In this document: positions 31,481 through 41,315 of the stretch, in pieces
Layout: each line of letters opens with the position of its first letter
How positions within the stretch are numbered: position 1 is the stretch's first letter
Assembly: GCA_051294375.1 (NCBI GenBank)
Contig: JBJCIZ010000639.1
Coordinates: forward strand, 1 to 41,315
Length of the DNA stretch: 41,315 bases
Reading direction: 5' to 3'
DNA from: Paraspadella gotoi
Lineage: Eukaryota > Animalia > Chaetognatha
The notes under the pieces: model-generated
Seen by the model: the letters and a program-made list of their open reading frames with translations, nothing else
Told to the model about the DNA's origin: nothing
Databases searched by the model: none
Made by a program: the position numbers and the translations under genes

Positions 31481-34400
31481 GGTATATCAGAAATAAGACC
31501 GCGACATAGGTAACGTTAAAGAGATAATGTGTGGGATTCTTAATATACATCCATAGGTTATTACCTATTTAGTTATACTAAAACTTATAGACCATAGCTG
31601 TCATAGCTATAACTTATACTTATATAGCTCTCTTATAAGCCTTAGCTAGTATAGTTATATAGTTATATAGTTATATAGTTTAGCTCTCTCTTGAAAAACC
31701 GTCACGCACTCGAAGCCACTTGTTTTCTCGTAAACATACCAGCCCTTGAAGACGACAACTTTCATAGAGTTCAGTACCCACCAACAAAGATGTCGCAGAA
31801 ACTAACTATAAAAAACAAAAGTCTCCTCGCGATATCGATCAAATGAAATTGGGTACAACGCATTATATAATAATTATCCATTAAAATAAATTCAAATACA
31901 ATTCTAGCTGATTATCAAAATGAATAGATATAAATATTGTCAAGGTATGCATAATTTTTTATCATAATTAAGTCATAACAACAACGTTAGTCAACAAAAT
32001 AATTTTAATCGGCATAAATAAGGCAGCGTGATCTTCGTAGAAAAAACTTTCTAAAAAAAAAAAAACAAGCTCAGTGGGTAAACGAACAGAAAACAATCTG
32101 TTGCAGAATATTCAAAATCTGGAGTGATTGCAAGAATTATGGGTCGTTGACCAGAGGAGTAAAAGGTGTGCATAATTACGTTTTAAATTCTAGAGGCGCC
32201 CCCTTTGCCCGACATTTGCCCGACGAGACGTGTGAAGGGCGCCGATTCTTGTCTCGCAGCTGCTGCAATTCTCCGCTCGGCTGCGTGCTGGCGCTCTCGC
32301 TCAGAAAGCTCGAGGGACTTCATCATGTGGGCGGTTTTCCAACTAGATGATCCGATGGTGGGTGAGAGAAGAGAAAAAGATACGGTGATGGGCAATTGTA
32401 GGTAGTCTTAGTAAAGCATAAAAAGAAAGGAAGGTTACTGTAACGTATGAAAGGTAACTGAAAATCAAAATAAGAATAACAAAAAATGGTCAAGGAAGAG
32501 ATACGGTTCCAAAATGTGGTTCCCTGATTAGTAAGTAATTATGTAAGCGTATAATAATTATTCAGTCACTAAGAATTTTCCTCTTAACTTGGAAGCAGAC
32601 AAATCTCAGTTTTCGGAATTCTCTTCTGAATGTTTTCGATTTGCGTTTTCCCAGTTTCTGTCAAGCATTCAGCTTTGGTTTTGCGACGTGATGTGTCGAC
32701 GGCGTTCTCCGGATCGGCCAGGCCGACGATTCCGACCCTCTTCAGTTTTTCCTCTTGAACTTTTAAAACCGTAACGGAAATTGACTTTACACTTTACACT
32801 TAGTCACCATCGTAGTAACGTCCATCTTTCACCGTTACTAACGAAAGGATACTCACCTGCTGAAGATGGCTTCCGAGCTCGGGCACTCTTTCTCTCCCAC
32901 TCTTCCCGCTCCTTCCTTGCTCTGTTCCTGTCTGACAGCAACGTAGCCGCACTTTCTCGGTACCTCATCTTCGGGGATGGTGTTGCCGAAAATTTGACGA
33001 GGAGCGACTTTTGACGATCCCGCTTCGGCTCATTGGCGCGCCAGAGTTTCGGTCACCGACCAACAACTGCATTGTGAAGGAGGAAGGGAAGATGCTTTTT
33101 TTTTTAATTTGAGCATTGTGGATTCTCTTGCAACAAGAGATTAAAAACAAAAATACTTCATAGTGACTTGCTCTAGTTGTCTTTCTAAGCTCATGTGTTT
33201 CTTGCAATGTGTCGAAGATTTCGCGCGTTTGTTCTGCTCAGAGTTCAATTTGTTTCCTGGACTTCTCAGGCGTGGCTTAGGAATGGTTCACGCTGAGCAA
33301 AGAAAAAATAATGATTGTTTTCTTTCTCTACGGATATTATACGGCCTTTTCAAATCGAAAAAATTTAATTCAAAGAAAATAAATGATATCTTTTATCGAA
33401 TATTTAATGAATTTTAGTAAATTTTGAAAATCAATTTATTTTTCCTCTGTAAGACGATGAATCTTGATAATTCAATTAACTATGATCTCCGTTTACATAT
33501 TAGTGCTTCTTTCACAAGGAGTCTAGAATGAATAAAGAAGTTAAAAATGGTGTCAGAAAATAATAATGGAAAATTTGGGAAGAAAAAAGTATGACATTTC
33601 TGTTACTTTATCACAAATTTTTTATCTTTTCGTTCTACACTCATTTATCGCTGGAGACAGCAATTTGGCCCATCTCCTTCTGATCTGATGGGTGCATTTC
33701 CTCTGCATTCAACATAACAACTCGAGCTTTCTGTTCAAGGTATTTCCTCGTGTGTTCCTCTATGGGAGCTGAATTATCCACATGGAGTTTTAAAATGTAA
33801 AAGTTTAAGATAAAAGAAAAATCCATTGGAATCACTTGGATTAAGGGAAAAGAGTTTCATGCATGTAAAAACACTCCACTACTTATAATATAATTTCGAT
33901 TTGTGCGTGGGATATAAAATGTTTTTAATATACTGTGAGTAACGGAAGGAATGAGGACCGAGCAGCGATGTGCATGAGAGACGAGTCAGAGGAGTCGAAG
34001 GAAGTAGAGGAGGCATACGACGGGGTGAGCCGACGCGCGCGGACGACAGAGGTGAGGACGACTAGGGACGGAAGGGGAGAGAGGATGGGAACAGAAGAGA
34101 GAGGGAGGGCGTGTGACTTGGAGGGGACGTAGCGGGCGACGATAGAGTCTGTACGAGGCATGGCGACGAGATCGAGAGGACGTCTGTTGGAGTGCGTGGG
34201 CCAGAGGCAGAGCGGCGGAAGCCATGGAATGGACGCGGAAGCTGGTCGCTGTGAGGGTGACGTGAGACAGCGCCGCTGATGATGACAGTCGAAACCAGTA
34301 GAACAGCGTTCTAGTCTCAAGACTTCTTCCGTCTAGGTTGTCGACTCCGCCTGATGAAATTGTTAAGAGAGAGAATAAGAATATCATGTAACTGATGTAG

Positions 34401-35884
34401 TATGCACGAATAGAGGAGAAAGAGAGACGAGGGAGGAGAGGAGAAATGAAAGGAGAATAACACACGACAAATCTCGGGATGAAAATATGGGAATTGATAA
34501 TGTATATAAACAAAGCGCCGGTAATTCTTCCTGTATAAAATCCATGGCAATAATAGAAAATAGTTTTTATAGGAAGGTATAAAAAATTAAATTCTAGACA
34601 TTTCAATAAAATCAAACGATCAACGCAAGTAAAATTCGGACAGATAGGGACAGTAACACACTACAGTAGTACGAGAGTGACTCAGAGATAGAGAGAGAGA
34701 AAACAAGAGGATGAGAGAGAAACAGCCGCTTGCCATGAGAGTATTTAATAGCTTGAATAGATAAGAGAAAGGAGCGTTTATTATATTCGATAAATTGAAG
34801 AAAAACGATCGACGATGGAGATGTAGAAGTAGTAGCGGGGAGAAGCTCTTACAGCCCCTTTACTCGTAAAGAAATCAGCCGAAGGCTAGCCTATTATTCG
34901 CCGCGCTAACATCCAGCCAACGTAGCGATGACGTTGCTTATTCTCTAACCCAAAAAAGGACCTGGAATTCGACAGACCCATGTTACGCAAAAACGAGACA
35001 TGTTTTTTTACATTAGTGAACCCACATTATATCTAAAAAATTTTTTGTTAAAAAAAAAAGATATAAGAAGAAGACATAAAAGATATTGAAGAGAAGCGAA
35101 GAGAAGAACCGGATTTGCAGAGAAAGAAGCCTTGGACAGACGCTGGCAGAGCCGGAACTCTTTTTAGAAAAGACAGCAGGTGACGGAGAAAAGAGAGATC
35201 TTGACGAGCAGCGACCATATAATTAAAACGCTTTTTGTTTTGTAAGCTGAAAACATAACAAATACCGGATAAATTGACTATGAAACATTGAGAATTTTAA
35301 AGATCTTGATGTTATAAGTCCATATATGAAATTCAAACTCCCTATTGAGGATATCACAATCCTCTTTCAGATTTAGCCTATTGTAACTCTTGCAAAAACT
35401 AGTAAAGCCGAATGACAGCTAGGTATTCTTTTTACCGATATTGGCTCGTTGGCTTCTTGGCCAGAATTAATAGGGCCCCAGAGCATCATGTGATTGCTAA
35501 ACTATACAAACCGTTCAAATGACTAAACCAAAAAAAAAATCTTAGCCTACAGACGAATGTGCTGTCTAATGGCCGCCTGCTCGATAATAGAGGTAGATGA
35601 CCATTACTCAAATTGTTGTTTATGATATGTAATAAACAACAACATGTTACATATAACAAAATACGCTCCATGACTCAATCTTATGGCAACAATCGGGAAT
35701 TGAATGGACAGAGCTGAATAATAAATTATAATTAATCATATTAATTAAATTAATAATCTATATAATTAATTATTATTATATAATCTATCTAATTAATTAA
35801 TAAACTCTATTAATTATCTAATTAATCAATTATTATTTAATATTATCGTGGCTAGATCCACATTGTTTGCTCAAACTTGTTTTA

Positions 35885-36010
35885 TTTATAAACGGACATG
35901 TTTCGGCTTTGTAATTCAAACCATCATCAAGGTTTATAGAATTTGTAAAATTATAGCAAACTATGTGAAAAAGAAGAGGGGAGAGAGAGAGGAGAGAGAG
36001 AGGAGAGACT
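35885..36010 (-). mobile_element. Penelope-like pseudo-LTR fragment with degenerate hammerhead
   Basis: Minus strand UUGAUGA U GGUUU..AAGCC GAAACAUGUC CGUUU at ~35890-35935, next to a GA-rich tract as in the other copies. Confidence 0.6.
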
Positions 36011-36302
36011 GTCATAAACATAGGTACAAGTATTCGATATAGCTCTCTCTCTCTCTCTTTCTAACTGCTTATCCCTATCCCAACGCTAATCCTAAAACCA
36101 GATTTCTAATCCTTATCCCTTGCCCTTATCCCTATCCTTAACCCTAATGCCCTAACCCTATCCATAAATTATTCCCTCAATCTAAACTTATCCCTAACCG
36201 AAACCTAAGGCAAAAACTTAATGGGAAACGCCGGCCGTAATTTTTATGTGTGAAGAGACAGTAATTATTGATAAGTGTTAATGAAAGAACCGTTCAAATA
36301 TA

Positions 36303-36377
36303 AGCAGTCCCTGAGCTTCGGATCAGGCTGTAACACCATGTTACAGGCGGTTAAGCGCCCCCGTTCTCTTAACTGCT
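36303..36377 (-). ncRNA. Twister ribozyme copy (3' LTR of copy B), degenerate at P2/L1
   Basis: P3, P4, P5, L2 GCC and L4 UCCGAAGC are intact; GAGAACGG replaces GAGGGACGG. Confidence 0.65.
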
Positions 36378-36728
36378 AGGCGGCCACCGGGCTAGAACCC
36401 GGACCTTTGGGTTGGGAGGCGAATGACTTGCCTCTGGCACCAATGGCCGCTTATGAACGTGTTATGGTGGATTTTAGTCCACCATACATCCCCCCCTCCC
36501 GCAGGGAGAGTCTCTTGCGTCTCTTCAGTGAATTGTTATTGTTGTGGAAAGTGCGTCACCAAGTTGAGGCATGTCGCCTGATGTGTTGTTGGCGGAAAGT
36601 GCATCGCCAGGTTGAGGCCTGTCGCCTGAAAGGTGTTGTTCTTGTTGATCTGTTGTGTTCGGAAGTTCGGGCTCACCAATAAGAGACAGTAATATTGACA
36701 ATGTGTTAATGAAAGAACCGTCAATATA

Positions 36729-36807
36729 AGCAGGTCCCTGAGCTTTTGATCAGGGCTGTAACACCATGTTACAGGAGGGTTAAGCGCCCCGTCCCTCTTA
36801 AACTGCT
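36729..36807 (-). ncRNA. Twister ribozyme copy (5' LTR of copy B), degenerate at L2/L4
   Basis: GAGGGACGG GGCGCU UAA CCC is intact; L2 (UCC) and L4 (UCAAAAGC) are mutated. Confidence 0.6.
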
Positions 36808-38623
36808 AGGCGGCCACGGGCTAGAACCCGGCAAGCCTTTGGGTTGGAGGCGATATGACTTGCCTCTGGGCACTAATGGCCGCTGATGATAAGACGTTGG
36901 GTGGATTTTAGTCCACCATATTGGTAAGCTTTCTCAGCAATAACAACGCGCAACCTTTCGAGTTCTGCCCCTCTCTCTTTTTCTCACTCACTCACTCACT
37001 TGCTAACTCCACTTACTAGTCACTTACTTTTTTCACACACTCTATCTTTTTCACTCAAACTGATGTCTTTGTCTTTGTTTTTTTCCGCACTGTCCTGTAA
37101 ATATTGACCCGACGCTTTACTGTGTATAAATATTTTTACCCTACAAAAAATAATTTTCTCAATCTTAAACTTGTTTGTGTTAACACTGCACATTTTGTTA
37201 ATAACTTGAACTAATCAAAAAATTTTAAAATCTTTTGTTTTTCGTCCTTTCCATTTTCAAACTTTAAGTGGGTATAAAATTACCAGCATACAAATTTTAA
37301 TTAATAATTTTTAGGTGGCTAGTTTTTATAAATGATTGAAAATGGTGTTTTTTTAGGTATTTTTGACAGTTATTGGGTCATATTACTCATAGTTAATTTT
37401 TAAAAGTCTATATATATACATATATTTGGAATCAGCTTGATCCCCTCTTTGCCTTGGGACAGAAAAATTTAATATAGACTGCATATCTCAAAAAAATGGC
37501 AAAATGTTTTAATCTTGTAATCCAAGTTTTTCTAATGTGGTAATATTTTTTTTTAATTTGGGGTTGTCTTAGGTTAAAGCGCACCTTTTACAATATTTTA
37601 AAATCATCACGTAATTTGATTTATTATTTTTAACTATTTTAGTGAAAAAAGTTTTAAACTGATTTTTATGTGATAACTCCTATGTTTTTTTAAATACCTC
37701 CCTGAAATTACATCAATATGTGCGGGCATGTTAGTCGATTATATGGACCAAAAATAAAACAAATTTAAAAAGAAATAGCTGTTTTAGAAGCAAAACAAAA
37801 TAAAAAATAAATCAAGACCTTAGCGCAAAATTTTTGAATTGATTATTTTCCATCAGGTGGGCAATAGAGCAAATTTTCCTTCATCTTTTTACGAAATCTT
37901 AGCTCATTATAACGATAAGTTTATGAGTTATTCATTCCCTGAACTTCGTGGAGTCTAGAGAAAAGGTACTGTATTTATTCGTTTCTTCTTTTTCTTTCTG
38001 TTTATAAATTAATTTTCTTTTCTCAAATTTGATTTTTTTTTAGTATAAAAATTTGTCGTCAATCCAGATTTTTCTTATGCGATTGCGACGATCCTTATGC
38101 TTTTAAGATTTTTTATAGTATCAAAAACAGCTTAAACAGAGGAGTTTCTGACTGCATTGTTTTTTAAGAGATATGTTATTCACACATTACAAAATAAACC
38201 AATCTTCTTTTTAGTTTGAATTCTATCAGCATTTATGTATTTAATTGTATCTTGAGAGCTTTAAATGATTTTGCAATAATTTTTCTACATAACATTCAGG
38301 GAGTAATGACCTAGAATGAGAAACAATAAAAAATGAAAAAAATCAAAGATGAAATTTATTTTTTAACTGCATAGTTTTTTCTACGAGACTGTACATCACG
38401 TCATAAGTAATAAAATTATCAAAATATGATGATGATGATGATTATTAGTTTTTCGTATTTTTCACCCAATTATGATCAAAATTTTACTTTGTGTAGAAAA
38501 CTTTTTGCAAGCTAACTAAATCTGATTTTAAAAATAAAAAAATCTAAAAAAAATTTTTAGTCTTTCCTATTTATAAATAAATAATAAAAAATTAATATAT
38601 GGGATATAAATTAATATTAAAAA

Positions 38624-39912
38624 CAAGTTTGAGCAAACAATGTCGGATCTGCCTACGAAAATTAATTAATTAATTAATCGATTAATTAATTAATTAATTA
38701 ATTTTAATATTTAATAATTAATTATAACTTTATATACAGCTTATCATCATCGATGTCCTTAAAATAAAGTAAATGTGACTTATATTTTTTCCATTTAAAC
38801 TCATTTCCACTGGAATAATTCCCTCAAAACTTTATATCTATCTTCTTCACAAACTTTCCTTCCTGCTCACAAAATTTCATCTCAATCTATTATGGGTTAA
38901 AATAAGTAAAGACTCAAGTAAATGTGACTCATATTTTTTTTCATTTAAACTCATTTCCACTCGTACCGAAACTTTATATCAAGCTTCGTCACACATTTTC
39001 CTACCCACACACAAAATTTGAACTCAATCTATCCATCCAATTATGATTAATTAGAGTATTTATTGGTTAAAATAAGTAAAAAGATTTTAGTAAATGCGAC
39101 TTATGTTTTTTCCATTTAAACTCATATCCACTCACTCGATTCTGTCAAAACTTTATATCCAACTTCATCACACATGTTCCTACCCATACACAAAATTTCA
39201 TTCCGATTCAACCAGCCAATCACGAGTTATTGGGGCTTTTTGCTAAGGTGGGACGGATGGACAGATTGATTGACTGATTAATTAATTAGTGATTAATTAA
39301 TTGACTAATTTATTAATTAACTGATTAATTATTTGATTTATTAATACATCCTGCATATACATTTAATATAAAAGGAAAAAAAATCATAATCAATTAGTCA
39401 AACATGTTGTTTGTTTTTTTCTATTTAAACTCATTTCCACTCAAACGATTCCATCGAAACTTGGTTTCCTGTTCAATCACACACTTTCCTACTCACATAC
39501 AAAATTCCAGGTCAATCGACCCATCCAGTCCAGTAATTGGTGTTCAAATAGTGAATTATATTTTTTTGTTTTTTCCATTTAAACTCATTTCCACTCAAAC
39601 GATTCCATCGAAACTTTATATGCAGCTCAATCGCACACTTCCCTACCCACACACAAAATTTCATTCAAATCCATCCAACCAATCACGAGTAATGGGTGTT
39701 TTTTGCTAAGGTGGGATGGACGGACGGACGGACGGACGGACGGACGGACGGACAGACAGACATACGGACGGACATCATTTTTTTTGCATAATTTATCATA
39801 ATTCGATTTTCTGTCATGATATAAGTTAGTGCCCGACAATATTGAGGGGGCGGACTGACGGACCGACAAAGTGAATTATAGAGTCGGGATCTGCTGATAA
39901 GCAGATCCGACT
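38624..39912 (-). mobile_element. Complete DINE-1/HINE-like (Helentron-associated) non-autonomous element
   Basis: subTIRs GTCGGATCTGC (38642-38652) and GCAGATCCGAC (39901-39911); hairpin 39882-39912; (GGAC)n 39718-39772; internal tandem repeats; terminal GTTTG-AG-CAAAC stem-loop; inserted in an A/T run without a TSD. Confidence 0.85.
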
Positions 39913-40531
39913 AAAAATCTATGAAAAATTGTTACAGGCTGTCAAGATACAGTAAAATACAGTGAATAGTTTAAAAATCCATTACCCATAAATATTATTG
40001 GAACTAAGCTTTGCCATTGTGTAAAAAGTCATTTCGATCAATTTTTGTCAATTTCTGAATTTCTGGCTGGGATTTTGTTTTCACATCTATCTTTTTTTCA
40101 CTTTGACAAGGTACCTTTTTTCAAATTCATTTTTTTTGTTAAAAAAAATAAGGAAAAAGAGAGTAAAACATTCTGATAAATTTAAAAAATTATGAAGGAA
40201 TCTAAATAAATGTATATAATAAATAGAATTAGAATAATCAAATAAAGGGTTCTATAAAGGATGGTATGGGTTAGGGTTAGGGTTTTAGGTTTCTTTAGTT
40301 AGGTTGATTTCCTTTAGTAGATTGTTTTTGATTTTTGAGTTAGGGTTAGGGTTGAGAAGTATACGGGTTAGGGTTATAGGAGACTTATTCGGTTCTGACA
40401 CCAATTTATTTTTATATCTCTTTTTTATCTCTTTTTATACAAGTATACATTTTTTTTCTTTTTTAAAAATAAAAAAACAGAGAGTAACTATTTGCTAATA
40501 AGAGCAAGAGAGAGAGGGCGAGAAGAGAAAG

Positions 40532-40866
40532 AACGATTTTTGTTTTTCATAAAAAACGGACATGTTTCGGCTTACAATTCAAGCCTTAATTAGCGTAAAG
40601 AGTTTGTGAAAATATATTGAAAATTATGTGCAAAAGAAGAAAGAAAGAGAGAGAGAGAGAGAGGGCAAAAAGTTTCCAACACAAAGTTCAGAAAAAGGAT
40701 AGAGGTCAGAAGTGAAGACAGGCTGAAGGTAAGGACAGATAGAAGGTTTGAGTTGTAAGCCAAAACATGTCCGTTTTCTATGAAAAATAAAAATCGTTGT
40801 TGAAAACATATTTCAAACTTTTTTATAAATTTAAAACACAACGAAAAGAAAGGATTATATTCAGAT
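40532..40866 (+). mobile_element. Penelope-like inverted pseudo-LTR remnant with decayed hammerheads
   Basis: 40532-40588 is inverted against 40742-40798; GAAACAUGUC and stem II GGCUU/AAGCC are retained but the core is mutated (CUAAUUA); tail-like AAAAGAAAGGATTA on the right. Confidence 0.7.
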
Positions 40867-41261
40867 ATCACTATGAAATTAAAATCAAAAGGGCTGGGGG
40901 ACAAAACTTCAGTCTTGATGTCTACTTTCAAGTAGAAAATTAATTTATTTTTAAGTTTCTATTTTAATGCATTTTCTTTTTTGCTAACAAAATTACGATA
41001 TTACTAAATAATGATAATTTTTAAAAAAATAAATCATAGATTATTTTGATGGATTCTGATAGAGCACAAAAAATTAAATAAAAAATATAAGTATAACTTT
41101 TAAAATTTTCTTCGTTAAAATTAAGAAAAATTTATGGCGCAGGAACTATTTTCTAAATTATCAAATCGATGATTATGATTAAATAAAAATATAAAAGGAT
41201 AATCCCCAAAATTTTAAAATATAAAAAAAAAGAGATGAAGAGAAGGAAATATTCACAGTAT

Positions 41262-41315
41262 TCCCACGTGGTTACATGGGCCCAATCCTATGTGGGCTCA
41301 ATAATACTATGGGCG
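41262..41315. repeat. Inverted copy of the 16-bp array seen at the window start, truncated
   Basis: ATGGGCCCAATCCTATGTGGGCTCAAT is the reverse complement of the 1-245 unit. Confidence 0.8.

Larger units (their letters stand above)
36251..36920 (-). mobile_element. Miniature LTR retroelement with tRNA head and twister, copy B
   Basis: Reverse-complement copy of 12964-13618 with the same boundaries: LTRs 36680-36920 and 36251-36488, PBS 36665-36678, PPT 36489-36500. More indels than copy A. Confidence 0.88.

Noticed and set aside
33925-34615. 131-aa and 209-aa minus-strand ORFs, and the ORF cluster at 29432-30696
   Set aside because: Low-complexity S/L/P/R-rich translations from purine-skewed noisy sequence; no recognisable domain.
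40262-40380. Telomere (TTAGGG-like; CCCTAA-like at 15711-15800 and 36070-36210)
   Set aside because: Only a few degenerate interstitial units, more consistent with repeat-internal motifs than with a chromosome end.

Overview
AT-rich, repeat-dense eukaryotic (most likely invertebrate animal) DNA with one convincing protein-coding gene, an intact intronless FLYWCH + MULE DDE (Phantom-type Mutator) transposase at 20886-22274. The rest is mostly nested non-autonomous elements: hAT-type MITEs with 8-bp TSDs, DINE-1/HINE-like elements, Penelope-like pseudo-LTR palindromes carrying minimal hammerhead ribozymes, and microsatellites. The highlight is a non-coding miniature LTR retroelement (LTR-PBS-internal-PPT-LTR; 12964-13618 on +, 36251-36920 on -). 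Each LTR contains a tRNA-derived Pol III head followed immediately by a P5-permuted twister ribozyme whose P1 is reduced to a 6-nt palindrome. A second, sequence-divergent element (about 814-1083, -) has the same tRNA + twister design with compensatory base changes. Parts of the window (about 17900-19900 and 27200-35800) look like noisy, uncorrected long-read sequence. All structures were read by eye; no folding or database search was run.
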